Below, one piece after another: positions 36,300 to 49,827 of a stretch of DNA of 64,000 nt (position 1 is its first letter; every line of letters starts with the position of its first letter). Source of the DNA: Eledone cirrhosa (lineage: Eukaryota); the NCBI GenBank assembly GCA_964016885.1, contig OZ024756.1:13950001-14014000 (forward strand), read 5' to 3'. Below the pieces are notes generated by a model. That model saw only the letters and a program-made list of their open reading frames with translations. It ran no database searches and was not told the DNA's origin. The translations under genes and the position numbers were made by a program.

Positions 36300-38800
36300 A
36301 GTGGGTTTGGTGTAGTGGTGGTGGTAGTGGTGGTGGTAGTGATCAGTGATGCTGGTGGTAGTGATTTATGCGGTGGTTATGTTGGTGTTGGTTGTAGTGG
36401 TGGGTGTTGTGTTGGTGTTGGTAGTAGTGGTGGGTGTTGTGTTGGTAGTAGTGGTGGGTGTTATGTTGGTGTTGGTAGTAGTGGTGGGTGTTGTGTTGGT
36501 GTTGGTAGTAGTGGTGGGTGTTGTGTTGGTGTTGGTAGTAGTGGTGGGTGTTGTGTTGGTAGTAGTGGTGGGTGTTGTTGGTAGTAGTGGTGGGTGTTGT
36601 GTTGGTAGTAGTGGTTATGTTGGTGTTGGTAGTAGTGGTGGGTGTTGTGTTGGTGTTGGTAGTAGTGGTGGGTGTTGTGTTGGTAGTAGTGGTGGGTGTT
36701 GTGTTGGTGGGTGTTGTGTTGGTAGTAGTGGTGGGTGTTGTGTTGGTAGTAGTGGTGGGTGTTGTGTTGGTAGTAGTGGTGGGTGTTATGTTGGTGTTGG
36801 TAGTAGTGGTGGGTGTTGTGTTGGTGTTGGTAGTAGTGGTGGGTGTTGTGTTGGTGTTGGTAGTAGTGGTGGGTGTTGTGTTGGTAGTAGTGGTGGGTGT
36901 TGTTGGTAGTAGTGGTGGGTGTTGTGTTGGTAGTAGTGGTTATGTTGGTGTTGGTAGTAGTGGTGGGTGTTGTGTTGGTGTTGGTAGTAGTGGTGGGTGT
37001 TGTGTTGGTAGTAGTGGTGGGTGTTGTGTTGGTGGGTGTTGTGTTGGTAGTAGTGGTGGGTGTTGTGTTGGTAGTAGTGGTGGGTGTTGTGTTGGTGTTG
37101 GTAGTAGTGGTTATGTTGGTGTTGGTAGTAGTGGTGGGTGTTATGTTGGTGTTGGTAGTAGTGGTGGGTGTTGTGTTGGTGTTGGTAGTAGTGGTGGGTG
37201 TTGTGTTGGTGTTGGTAGTAGTGGTGGGTGTTGTGTTGGTAGTAGTGGTGGGTGTTGTGTTGGTAGTAGTGGTGGGTGTTGTGTTGGTGTTGGTAGTAGT
37301 GGTGGGTGTTGTGTTGGTAGTAGTGGTGGGTGTTGTGTTGGTGTTGGTAGTAGTGGTGGGTGTTGTGTTGGTAGTAGTGGTGGGTGTTGTTGGTAGTAGT
37401 GGTGGGTGTTGTGTTGGTAGTAGTGGTTATGTTGGTGTTGGTAGTAGTGGTGGGTGTTGTGTTGGTGTTGGTAGTAGTGGTTATGTTGGTGTTGGTAGTA
37501 GTGGTGGGTGTTATGTTGGTGTTGGTAGTAGTGGTGGGTGTTGTGTTGGTGTTGGTAGTAGTGGTGGGTGTTGTGTTGGTGTTGGTAGTAGTGGTGGGTG
37601 TTGTGTTGGTAGTAGTGGTGGGTGTTGTGTTGGTGTTGGTAGTAGTGGTGGGTGTTGTGTTGGTAGTAGTGGTGGGTGTTGTGTTGGTAGTAGTGGTGGG
37701 TGTTATGTTGGTGTTGGTAGTAGTGGTGGGTGTTGTGTTGGTAGTAGTGGTGGGTGTTGTGTTGGTAGTAGTGGTGGGTGTTGTGTTGGTAGTAGTGGTG
37801 GGTGTTATGTTAGTGTTGGTAGTAGTGGTGGGTGTTGTGTTGGTAGTAGTGGTGGGTGTTGGTGTTGGTAGTAGTGGTGGGTGTTGTGTTGGTAGTAGTG
37901 GTGGGTGTTGTGTTGGTGTTGGTAGTAGTGGTGGGTGTTGTGTTGGTAGTAGTGGTGGGTGTTGTGTTGGTGTTGGTAGTAGTGGTGGGTGTTGTGTTGG
38001 TAGTAGTGGTGGGTGTTGTGTTGGTAGTAGTGGTGGGTGTTGGTGTTGGTAGTAGTGGTGGGTGTTGGTGTTGGTAGTAGTGGTGGGTGTTGTGTTGGTA
38101 GTAGTGGTGGGTGTTGTGTTGGTAGTAGTGGTGGGTGTTGTGTTGGTAGTAGTGGTGGGTGTTGGTGTTGGTAGTAGTGGTGGGTGTTGGTGTTGGTAGT
38201 AGTGGTGGGTGTTGTGTTGGTAGTAGTGGTGGGTGTTGTGTTGGTAGTAGTGGTGGGTGTTGTGTTGGTAGTAGTGGTGGGTGTTGTGTTGGTAGTAGTG
38301 GTGGGTGTTATGTTAGTGTTGGTAGTAGTGGTGGGTGTTGTGTTGGTAGTAGTGGTGGGTGTTGTGTTGGTAGTAGTGGTGGGTGTTATGTTGGTAGTAG
38401 TGGTGGGTGTTATGTTAGTGTTGGTAGTAGTGGTGGGTGTTGTGTTGGTAGTAGTGGTGGGTGTTGTGTTGGTAGTAGTGGTGGGTGTTATGTTAGTGTT
38501 GGTAGTAGTGGTGGGTGTTGTGTTGGTAGTAGTGGTGGGTGTTGTGTTGGTAGTAGTGGTGGGTGTTGTGTTGGTAGTAGTGGTGGGTGTTATGTTGGTG
38601 TTGGTAGTAGTGGTGGGTGTCATGTTACAGTTGTGATTGCTGTTGTATTGGTGGTGTTGGTTGTAGTGCTGGGTGTAGTAGTGGTGTTGGTTGTAGTGCT
38701 GGGTGTAGTAGTGGTGTTGGTTGAAGTAGTGGTTTTAGTAGTAGTGGTGGTGTTGGTAGTAGTGGTAGTGTTGGTGTAGTAGTGGTGATTGATGTGTTGG
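36300..38800. repeat. GGT/GTT/AGT compound minisatellite (21/27-nt units)
   Basis: Unit ggtagtagtggtgggtgttgtgtt with optional ggtgtt; ends ~65 nt before GK exon 2. Confidence 0.92.
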
Positions 38801-38864
38801 TATTTTCATTACTATAAATTAATTAAATTAATTCAGAGATAATTGTTTCAATTTTTGTTGACAG

Positions 38865-38938
38865 ATCTTTGCCAGTAAGACTGGAGAGTTGATAACATAT
38901 CACCAAGTTAACGTCAAGTTGATTTACCCTATGGAAGG
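38865..38938 (+). CDS. GK: glycerol kinase exon 2
   Basis: acag acceptor; IFASKTGELITYHQVNVKLIYPMEG; donor gtaaga; phases match neighbouring exons. Confidence 0.92.
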
Positions 38939-38954
38939 GTAAGAGCTAATCAAT

Positions 38955-39350
38955 TCCTTCTCCTCCTCCTCCTCCTCCTTCTTCTTCTTCTTGAGAGGGT
39001 CTTGGGTGACAGAGTCCTCAAACACTCCCCCCAGCAGGTCCTGTCAGAAGCAACCGTCTCCAACTGATCTGACTGGATCCCCAAGCGAGACCAGCCAAGC
39101 TCATGGATGTTATCCAACCATCTTACTTGACGTCTACCCCTGGGTCTCCTGCCGGCTGGTTTTGCCCGTAAAATCTGTCCAGCGATTCTTTCCTGAGACA
39201 TTCTAACCACATGTCCATAATATCGGAGCTGTGGTCTCTCAATTCGGAGAAGTAGCGGCTCTACCTGGTGTGACTCTCTGATCTCAGAGTTATGCACTTT
39301 GTCGAATACCGTTATTCCAAATACCCTTCGGAGCAATTCCATTTTGACCG
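38955..39350 (-). mobile_element. RTE LINE 3' end (fourth family) with (AGA/AGG)n tail
   Basis: LRYYGHVVRM...RRPRGR...W. Confidence 0.8.
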
Positions 39351-39644
39351 TTTATATTCACAATTGAATTCTTATTTATCAATTAATTAAATGTTGAAGA
39401 ATCAGAGAATGTAAGTGTGGAAATTAATAAGAATAGACGGCAAATTGGAACAATTGTTAGAACATCAAATAGAATGTTTTGTGGTATTTGTTCTGGTTCT
39501 CACTGCTCTAACCAGAGCACTGGGTAGCTATCTGAAAAATATGGAGTTTAATACTTCATAGCAACTGCCGGCCACTTTTTTCCATCATTAAGGGATCTCT
39601 AAATGATTTTCTAAACTAGGCCGAAATATGCATCCGGTGAAGCC

Positions 39645-40335
39645 TCCAGTCCACACTGTAACGTAGTCATGAGGGTGTCATGGTAAATAGGACCCAGTCC
39701 ACACTGTAAAGTGGTCATGAGGGTGCCATGGCAAAAAGCACCCAGTTCACACTGTAAAATGGTCATGAGGGTGTCTTGACAAAAAGCACCCAGTTCACAC
39801 TGTAAAATGGTCATAAGGGTGTCATGGCAAAAAGCACCCAGTTCACACTGTAAAGTGGGAATGAGGGTGTCATGGCAAAAAGCACCCAGTTCACACTGTA
39901 AAGTGGTCAGGAGGGTATCATGACAAAAAGCACCCAGTTCACACTGTAAAGTGGTCATGAGGGTGTCTTGACAAAAAGCACCCAGTTCACACTGTAAAGT
40001 GGTCATGAGGGTGTCATGGCAAAAAGCACCCAGTTCACACTGTAAAGTGGGAATGAGGGTGTCATGGCAAAAAGCACCCAGTTCACACTGTAAAGTGGTC
40101 AGGAGGGTATCATGACAAAAAGCACCCAGTTCACACTGTAAAGTGGTCATGATGGTGTCTTGACAAAAAGCACCCAGTATGCACTGTAAATCAGGTTGGT
40201 GTAGGAAGGGCATCCAGCTGTAGAAACCAAGCCAAAATCTGTTCTGGGTGAGCAAGACATGCCCACAACAGGACAACTCATGTAACCCATGCTAGCATGG
40301 AAGAATGGAAGTAAAATGATGATGATGATGGTGAT
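39645..40335 (+). repeat. 48-bp RTE-UTR VNTR array (~11 copies) plus RTE/SINE tail
   Basis: Unit cacactgtaaagtggtcatgagggtgtcatggcaaaaagcacccagtt. Confidence 0.88.
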
Positions 40336-40686
40336 TTCTAACAACCAACTGCATTTACAGTTGTTTTTTGCATCTGAAACTCATAATCCTAATACCTAAT
40401 TTTTGCTGGAACGGCAATCGCTCTGTATAATCAGCTCCTGATTATTACTGGAATTCTATAAGAATCCAGCCTCTATAATTTTCAGCAAAGGCGGGTAGTA
40501 CATTGCTCTGAGGATCGCCAACAGTGTGAAACAGACTCTGTTAGCTTCTCTCCCTTCTTTTGCCGAAAAAAGAAGTAAGTGACTAAGTCTACTTTAAGTG
40601 ACTACTTTAAAATTGATAGCGCAAGCTCTTGAAAATGTTTTTAATTAAACATACGGTATATTGCCAAATATACTATACATACATAC

Positions 40687-40895
40687 ATCATCATCATCAT
40701 CATCATTTTACGTCCGCTTTTCCCTGCTTGCAAGGGTGGGACAGGTCTAATTCAGCACAGCATCTCTCCACTTGTCACGGTCCTTCGTCATCTCCACCGT
40801 GAGCTTCAGCGATCTGAAGTCTGTTCTCACCACCTCCGCCCATCCTTCAACTGGCATTTCCTGGCACTTCTCTTCACCCATCGGTCACCCTCCAT
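40687..40895 (-). mobile_element. 3' end of the second RTE subfamily
   Basis: Reverse complement of 19660-19885. Confidence 0.75.
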
Positions 40896-40904
40896 ATATA
40901 TATA

Positions 40905-41416
40905 TATATATATATGCATAAATGGCAATTTCTGTCTGTTTGTGTGTGTATTTGTTTGTGAACCTAAAACTCATGCCCATTTGTGAACCAAAAACTCATG
41001 CCCATTTGTGAACCAAAAACTCATGCCCATTTGATTTCTTATGTATATTTCATTTTAATCAAAGGGTTGCCCGAGGGCTCAAACCCCTGCTGAAAATGTT
41101 TTTCCTTCGATTTATATGAAATTTAAACCATAGGTAAATGACAAGATATGATGCCTATTCACAAAAGTTTTGAATTGATATTTTGAAAAAAATTATTTAC
41201 AAGAAACAAAATAAGAATAAGATTTAATAATGTAATTTTGATTTGATATATTACAAAAAATAATGTTTTCCTATTTTTCAAGCATTACATTTTACATGAG
41301 TAATATTGAAATGCAGAGTTTTTCTCCATAAATTATATCACTGATTTAAAATCAATCATCATTTTCTTACAAAAAAAATGTGTGAAACGCAGCAAGGCAC
41401 GGGTAATTCGGCTAGT
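40905..41416 (+). mobile_element. Helitron-like non-autonomous element (tentative)
   Basis: (TA)n-AAA...tctgtctgtttgtgtg start; 3' gcaaggcacgggtaattcggCTAGT end. Confidence 0.45.
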
Positions 41417-41427
41417 ATATATATATA

Positions 41428-42040
41428 ATCATCATCATCGTTTAACGTCCATCTTCCACGCTATCGTGGGTTAGCCGGGTTGTCCCATTTCAGGCAAGTT
41501 GGGTCAGATGACCGTGTCTTTTTTCACATAGAACTGTTTCTGGCTAGATTTCTACAGCTGGATGCCCTTCCTAACACCAATCACATTTACAGTGTGGACT
41601 GGGTGTTTTTTGTCAGGACAGCTACAAGACCACTTTACAGTGTGTTGGGTGCTTTTTGTTGTGACACCTACAAGACCACTTTACAGTGTGGACTGGGCAC
41701 TCGTTTTTGTCATGACACCTACATGACCATTATAATGTGAGCGGGGCCCTTTTGTTGTGGCTCCAGGGAGAAGGTTGGAAACTTGGGAGGGGTGTGGAAG
41801 ATGCTTGGGAAAATTGGGGACGTAGGTGTGTGGGAGGTTTATGGGAGGGAAGATGGTAAGGAATGGTGTTGCCTACTAGGTATATGCTTCAGCCCGAGAA
41901 TAATAGAGGGCGGGTCTTCTGTAATACTTCATAGCGCCAGAGGTAATGGTCCTGTGCCATTGCCTTAGTGAGGTGTAATTGAACAAAGTCACCTCTTATT
42001 ACCTTATCCCAAGTCTTCCTAGGCCTGCCTACTCCATGGC
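41428..42040 (-). mobile_element. RTE 3' end with UTR VNTR
   Basis: GRPRKTWDKVI-like end, three VNTR units, type-1 tail. Confidence 0.75.
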
Positions 42041-42559
42041 AGTATAGTATATGAAACTGGAAACAAATCCATGATCAGTTTTTATGAAAAAGGCATGAAC
42101 AGCACAACATGACATTAACATTCCTTTTGTGATCAGTGTACACAGAGCTTTCACCATACTTAACGCTTCAATATCTTATCTTTCTGTACTTTTATCTTAT
42201 TTACCTTTCATAGTATCTGACTGATTGGAAAATCATAATCTCTCTCTCTTTCTTTCTTTCACCCTCCTCCCAGCCTTACATTCTTTCTTATATATATATA
42301 CACACACGCATATATATATATATATATAGATATGATATTATTTATACTTATATATATACTATATATAATTATAAGCAGGAAAGGTCAGTATTTTTTATTT
42401 TTTACCACCTTAATACCAGTATGAAAAATAGGTCAATGTAAATACATCAGATGTCTTACAGAGCAGGAATATAAATTACAGAATAATCAAAACTATGTTT
42501 ATATATATATATATATATAAATATATATATATATACACACACATATATATATATATATG

Positions 42560-42835
42560 GAAGGATAGACCCGATAGTTTTGACATAACTATGGGGTCTA
42601 GTGACTCCGCGCAAGTGGTGGACCTAGTGGGAATTTTCATCCTTCAACAGCTGGCAGAGGAGATACTTGGGGTGGGGGACTATATAGAGACAACGCTCTT
42701 TTTACATTCCGTTTGCTTAACCTTAACCTGTTGGAGCGTATGCGGAAGTGCATTAGACATTTTTTTAAGCAGTGTGGATTAACAATAGAGATAGATCTTA
42801 GCACAAGGACAGTGAACGTCCTGGATGTAATCCGG
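42560..42835 (+). mobile_element. Penelope-like element RT fragment
   Basis: FDITMGSSDSAQVVDLVGIFIL then frameshifted GLYRDN, resembling the PLE RT FDVTMGS-x-DGAE...GLYRDD motifs; later VNVLDV. Confidence 0.6.
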
Positions 42836-43119
42836 GATAGGGTTTAAGCTGTTGGCTTCGACTGTAGTGGTAGTAGTGGAGGGAGGGGAAGAGAAGGGGA
42901 GTGAGGAGAAGATGGGGAAGCCGACGAAAAAGGGGGAGGGGCAGGGGATAGGTGTGGTAGTAATATCAGGGCTATGGTAAGGAAGGGGAAGACAGAGAAG
43001 GGGTAGCCAAAGCAGAGGGGATGACAGGGAGGTGTAGTAGTAATAGTTTCACTATTAATAATGGTAAAGGGAGCAACCCGTGGGATTGGCTTAAATGATT
43101 GAGTGACTTTAGAGTTGAT

Positions 43120-43475
43120 TGGCGTCACGCAGTAATACAGAAGACCCGACTCTCCATGGGTACAAGCCAAAGCTGAAGCATATAGACAATATGCCCCCAC
43201 ACCCTCCCACTGTAAAGTGGTCGTGGAGGTGCCACAACAAAAAAGCACCCAGCCCACACTGTAAAGTGGACGGGCAGGCGCCACGGAAAAACAGCACCCA
43301 GCACTCACTGTAAATGAGGTTAGTGTTAAGAAGGGCATCCAGCTGTAGAAATCAAGCCAGAATCAGTTCCCGTATGAGCAAGGCATGGTCAGCCGACCGG
43401 ACACTGCCCACAACAGGACAACCCGTCTAACCCATGCTAGCGTGGAAGAACGGATGTAAGACAGTGATGATGATC
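43120..43475 (+). mobile_element. RTE 3' UTR copy
   Basis: Matches 46050-46395 and the reverse complement of 24283-24640. Confidence 0.8.
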
Positions 43476-43479
43476 CATC

Positions 43480-44400
43480 TTGGTATTTCTATCTGTAATG
43501 TTGGTATTCTTAAATTGACCTGCAGTGTGATTGTTTGTAAAAGATCTTCCTTAATTTGTCCAAGGTGCTAATTTTAAAGTTGCGTGCCAGCTGCAGTTGT
43601 GTCTGAAGTAGATGTATTTAGAAGGGGTTCGTATTTGGCAGTAAAGTGTGATTCCTTGCTAATGCATTGTCTTTAAATTTGTAGAGGGGAAACATTCTGA
43701 AATTGGGTTGTTCATTAGAGGCGCAGGTGGCAATGTGTTCACTCAGTGCTATCTTTCTGTATTCCTTTTTTTTAATTTGGGATCTATGAACGGTCATACG
43801 TTGGCGAAGACTGTTTTTAGTCTGTCCTATGTAGTGCTCTCAACAACCTGAGCAAGTCAACACATAGATCAGGTTTTCTGATGCACATGTGAAATTGTAT
43901 TTAACTGTAAAGTGTTGTCCTTGTTTGAAGTGGAACTCCGATCCTTCTATTAGGTTGATACCTATGCCACAGTTGCGTCTTCCACATATTTTTACTGTTG
44001 GTTTCATTGTGAGGGTCAGCTGGACTTTGGCCTGTGTAAGGATGTTTTTCATTGATTTGGGTTGTCTTTTGCTCTTTATAATGTTGTGTGTTTGAAGGAT
44101 TTGATTTATTCTGTGATCCCTTTTTAGTAAAGGTATGTTTTGGAGGATGGTGTCGAGTGCCCCATTGTTAAGGAGGTTGTGTGTGGAGATGTACGGTAGA
44201 GCTTTCAGTTTCGATTCATTCTTTAGTTTGGGATGTCTAAGTTCCTGGATGTTGAGTTTTAGGGCACGTTGGAGTCCATTGTTAATTAGGGATGTTGGGT
44301 AATTCCTGCTAATGAGTGTGTCCTTTAATTCTTCTAGTCGTATGTAGCAAGTATTTCTATCAGATACTATTGTACTTTTAAACCTAGCGAAGACCAACTC
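43480..44400 (-). mobile_element. Penelope-like element C-terminal region with GIY-YIG endonuclease
   Basis: RNYP, Cys linker CGRRNC, FTCASENLIYVLTCSGC*EHYIGQTKNSLRQRMTVHR; internal stop. Confidence 0.85.
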
Positions 44401-45214
44401 TCCAAGTCTCAACACAGCCAATTTTTTCTATAGAGGAAGAATCAACCCCAGTACTGGACTGGTACTTTTTTTATCAAACTTGAAAGGATGGGAGGCAAAG
44501 TTGAACCCAGCAGGATTTGAACCCCGAGCGCGCAATGGGGTGGTAGGGATACTGTAAAGCATTTTATCCAACGTCTTAACGACGTTGCCAATTTTCTGCC
44601 TATATATATTATATATAAATTAACGATTTTATTTATTATATATTATTTACAATTTGCGTGTGCTCAGGTCTCTCTGGAAATAGGGGTGGGGGTGGGGTGT
44701 GTGTGTGTGTGGGGGGTAACTGAGGGTATTACCTGGCCGTGAGGGTGGTGGGGAGGTGGCCCAAAAAGTTTGAGAACCTCTGATTTATACTATAAAGTCA
44801 TTGGTACTTTGCTGTGATGGTGGTGGTGGTGGTGGAGTTATATACCACAGGGAGAGGCAGGAGGTTACAGTGAATTATATATTCAAGTTTATATATTTCC
44901 TCGTTATACACCAAGGTTGTCCACTGCAGGATCAATAAATCAATATTTTTATCAGTCAGCTGTATAACTACAAGGATTAATTTCCTTATATAGGCATATA
45001 AACATGTTTATATAAGTGCATGTGTACTCATGCATGTTCACGTGTATGTGAACATGTTGCATGTACCCACTCACACACACACAAACATTCACACACACAC
45101 AATCACAAACACTCTCACACACACGTGAGTGGGTGAAGGAAAGGATAAATGGGAGAATTGGATCGGAAATACCTATTGACACCTTGCTAAATTCTACAAA
45201 ATATATATATAATT

Positions 45215-46395
45215 CTAGAAAGAAAGGGTCTCAAAGTCAACATCACAAAGACTAAGGTCCTTGTAAGTAGACGAGAAAACAGAACCCAGATCCCCTCAGG
45301 GAAATGGCCTTGCTCAGTATGTAGGAAAGGTGTAGGTAGGAATTCCATTCTCTGCCCCAAATGCAAACAATGGGTACACAGGAGATGTAGCGGGATCTCA
45401 GGAAGCTTAAGAATGTAGGCTTCACATGCAGCAGCTGTGCTGGGACAGCAAGCAGCAAACAGCCACAGGAAACAAGTACCACCAATCTCTGGGAGGGCTC
45501 TGTAGAAACAGTAGACAGCTTCTGCTACCTAGGTGACCGAATTAGCAGCGGAAGTGGGTGTTCAGAAAGTACAATAACTAAGGTAAGAACGGGATGGAAG
45601 AAGTTTAGGGAACTACTACCACTGCTAGCTGCAAAAGGCTTCTCCCTCAGAATGAAAGGCAGACTGTATGATGCGTGTATCCGAACAGCAATGTTGCATG
45701 GTAGTGAGACCTGGGCGCTGTCTGTGGAAGACTTACGTAGATTAGAGAGAAACGAAGCCTGCATGCTCCGATGGATGTGTAACAGTAATATACGTGAATG
45801 ACAAAGCATAAATGAATTGAGAGAGAGACTGAGCATAAGAGGAATCAAATGCTGTGTGCAGGAGAGGCGGTTGCGCTGGTATGGACATGTGATACATATG
45901 AAGGATGACAGCTGCATAAAAAGGTGCAGAGCACTAGAAGTCGATGGAAACCGCGGAGTGGGGAGACCCAAGAAGACCTGGGATGAGGTGATAAAAGCCG
46001 ACCTTACCCAATTACACCTCTCAAAGGCAATGATACACGAACGTGACCTCTGGCGTCACGCAGTAATACAAAGTACCCGACCTCCCATGGGTACAAGCTG
46101 AAGCATATAGACAATATGCCCCACACCCCCCACCGCAAGGTGGTCGTGGAGGTGCCACAGCAAAAAAGCACCCAGCCCACACTGTAAAGTGGACGTGTAG
46201 GCCGCCACGAAAAAGCACCCAACACTCACTGTAAATGAGGTTGGTGTTAGGAAGGGCATCCAGCTGTAGAAATCAAGCCAAATCAGTTCCTGTATGAGCA
46301 AGGCATGGTCAGCCGACCAGACACTGCCCACAACAGGACAACCTGTCTAACCCATGCTAGCGTGGAAGAACAGACGTAAAACGGCGATGATGATA
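45215..46395 (+). mobile_element. RTE LINE 3' fragment, nearly identical to 24283-25470
   Basis: Same peptide and UTR with few substitutions and a small deletion. Confidence 0.92.
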
Positions 46396-46529
46396 TATAT
46401 ATATATATATTGTTATACTTGGGGAGGGTCATATTTGTGTAATAATATTGCCAGAATTAATAACAGAACACACTCACTGTTTGGTTGGTTTTCGCTTCTG
46501 TGTCTTTTATATCGGTTAATTTAATTTAT

Positions 46530-46752
46530 TCGGTCGATAAAATAAAGTACCAGTAATGCACTGGGTAATTGCTGGCCTTGTGCCTAAAGTAGAAACAATT
46601 ATTTCTTCTTCCATAGTTACGTCCCTTTACGATCTGAGTTCATATCCCGCCGAGGTTAACTTTGCCTTTCATCCTTACGGGGTCGATAAAATAAAGTACC
46701 AGTAATGCACTGGGTAATTGCCGGCCTTGTGCCAAAAGTAGAAACAATTATT
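46530..46752 (+). mobile_element. partially duplicated SINE A
   Basis: Two consecutive 3' halves. Confidence 0.7.
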
Positions 46753-47035
46753 TCTTCTTCCTTATTGTCGAAAGCACCAAGTAAGATATTCCTAAATTTG
46801 TTACTGGCTGAGGACTCCTTCAATTTCCATATCCTTCTCTTCCAGGTTGCCCTCCATCTCCAAGTTCGTCTAGCTCTAATTAGCAAATCGTTGACTGCTA
46901 GGTTATGTTGGGAGGTGTATTCTTCACCAGGGAAGGATTTTGTGTTTACAACCATTGCTCTATCTCACTTTCTAGTGAGGATGAAATCTATTTGACTGGT
47001 GTGCTCACCTGATCTCTAGGTGATCAAGTGGTTAT
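46753..47035 (-). mobile_element. RTE APE-region fragment
   Basis: QIDFILTRK, PGEE, SQHNL motifs. Confidence 0.75.
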
Positions 47036-47303
47036 ATATACAAAAGGTAAATGGAAATAACAAAGCAAACAATGTGTACAGTGAAGATATATATTAGTTT
47101 AACATTTGGTATAGTAAGAAAAGAGTCTTAACTTTTTGGACGTTAGTCCTTCATCAGAAAAGAGAAATAGAAAGATAGAAAATGAGTTGAGGAAGAAACG
47201 GAAAAAAACTTTTTGATGAAAAAGCATGTGATATATATCATCATCATCATCATTATCACCATTTAACTAATAATCGTTACTTTTTCAGGTAAAATAGACT
47301 TAA

Positions 47304-47520
47304 CCCTTTAGCATATAAACCAACCATATCCGGCCAGAATTCTCTCACCTCTCTTTGTTCAAACCGGCTGTAACTGGCTGCTCATACTGATGTATTATTC
47401 TCAAAATAAATAATATCAAAATCTCGTAGATTTGATTTTATGTGAGATAATTATGTGAGGTAAAGCGTTTGCCACAAAAATACAATAGTATATATATAGA
47501 GTAATTTAAATGCTAAAGGG
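47304..47520 (+). mobile_element. piggyBac-type MITE
   Basis: CCCTTTAGCAT...ATGCTAAAGGG TIRs flanked by TTAA on both sides. Confidence 0.85.
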
Positions 47521-47572
47521 TTAAAACACTTATTGTTGCATCCTTCTTAATGAGTTGTTGTTGTTATTACAG

Positions 47573-47679
47573 GTGGGTGGAACAAAGCCCCACAGAAATC
47601 TTACAGTCTGTACAGACATGTCTGTTGAAAGCTGTGGAAAACTTGAAGGCCTTGAATATAAGTGTCGCTGATTTAAAAG
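47573..47679 (+). CDS. GK: glycerol kinase exon 3
   Basis: ttacag acceptor; WVEQSPTEILQSVQTCLLKAVENLKALNISVADLK; donor gtaaat. Confidence 0.92.
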
Positions 47680-47804
47680 GTAAATAACTACATGATAATG
47701 ATTTCTTTTCATTCAATGATTCATTTCATAGATGTGTGTGTGTTGGGGTGGCGGGCATGGTTGTGTGTCTATGTACATGTGTGACACAAGGGACATAAAA
47801 AATA

Positions 47805-48240
47805 TGTGCCTTATACATGAATATTTGTCATATATGCCTTATACATGAATATTTGTCATATATGTCTTATACATGAATATTTGTCATATATGTCTTATAC
47901 ATGAATATATTTGTCAGAATTGTCTTATACATGAATATATGTGTCATGTGTCTTATACATGAATATATATGTTGTGTCTTATACATGAATATATATGTCA
48001 ATGTATTTGTATGTGTCCATGTACATATATGTGTGTCTATGTATATGTGTGTATCTCGTCCTTAATTTTGAGTTCTAATCACCCAAGGGGCATAATATAT
48101 GTGCCTTATACATGAATATATATGTCATATGTGTCTTATACATAAATATATATGTCATATGTGCCTTATACATGAATATTTGTCATATGTGTCTTATACA
48201 TGGCTAAATATGGTGCGTCTTATACATGAATATATGTCAT
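47805..48240. repeat. ~28-30-bp degenerate minisatellite
   Basis: Unit gtcttatacatgaatatttgtcatatat. Confidence 0.8.
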
Positions 48241-48424
48241 AGATACCCCTCTGTGTCTGAATAAACAGACAGGATGGTCAAGGCAGAAACGTCTTTGATT
48301 ATAGGTCTGCTGAATCTGGGCTGAATGAGGTTAAGCAATAACAACAGCAACAACAACATGTATGTCAGATGCAGTAAATCTCTATTGGTGTTGTTCTTAC
48401 AATATTGATGTTTTTCTTATATAA

Positions 48425-48768
<344 letters not shown>

Positions 48769-48972
48769 TTAAACATAATTTTACTATTCTACTATCATCA
48801 TATAGGTGGCGAATTGGCAGAGACGTTAGAATATTGGATAGAATATTTTATAGTATTCGTCCCGACTCTCTGCTCTCTTAGTTCAAATCCCACCGAGATC
48901 TACTTTGCCTTTCATCCTTTCGAGGTCGATAAAAAAGTACCAGTCAAGTACTGGGGTGGATTCTTACTCTAT

Positions 48973-49235
48973 ATCATCATCATCATCATTTTACGTCCGC
49001 TTCTCCCTGCTTGCAAGGGTGGGACAGGAACTGGTTCTGGCTTGATTTCTACAGCTGGATGCCCTTCCTAACACCAACCTCATTTACAGTGAGTGCTGGG
49101 GGCTTTTTTCCGTGGCACCTCCACGGCCACTTTGCAGTGGAATGATAGGGACCCCGGTTCCTATCATCTCATTTCTACAGCTGAGTAAACTGGAGCAATG
49201 TGAAATAAAGTGTCTTGCTCAAGGAAACAACACTA
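48973..49235 (-). mobile_element. CORE-type SINE B (truncated), type-2 tail
   Basis: Matches 49828-50095. Confidence 0.75.
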
Positions 49236-49827
49236 TCTCTGTCTCATTTCCCTTCTCTCTCTCGTTTTCTATCTTTTTCTGGAAGAATTCTGCTGTACTC
49301 AGACCTGGAGAGGAGATGGGATCTGCCAGGCTTAAAATGCCCAAGAATCGCCGTATGTCAATAAGGCACCCCTGCAACTCTATCAGGAGTTACGGGACCA
49401 TACATATTGACATCATAATAACTGTTTCTACTTTAGGCACAAGGCCAGCAATTACCCAGTGCATTAATAACATCACCAATCTCTTTTTATTTTTTTAACT
49501 TTTGTAATATCATTTATCAATTTCATTTTTTTCATTTCATTTTTAAACTTTTATAATAGCATTTATCATTGTGTGTTTCTTGAGCATATCTCTGTGTTGT
49601 AAGAGGTAACTAAAAGGTTTGGTTTAGAATAGGTACACTGCAACCCTTCATGTTGTTAGAGATTGCTAAAAGGTTTGGCTCCAAGAAGAGCATCCGACCA
49701 TAAAACATTGCCATGGTGAGTATGTAATTTATCTTAGGCCCCGCAAGGCTAGCCCCTACTTTAGCAGAGAAAAAGCCTTAAAACAGGTGTTGCTGTATTG
49801 CTGTTGTGATAACACACAGCTATATAT

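Noticed and set aside
36315-38779. Gly/Cys-rich keratin-associated-like or mucin-like ORFs (GSSGGCC, PTTTTN)
   Set aside because: Frames shift repeatedly, there are no convincing splice or start signals, and it lies in GK intron 1; a product of a GGT/GTT satellite
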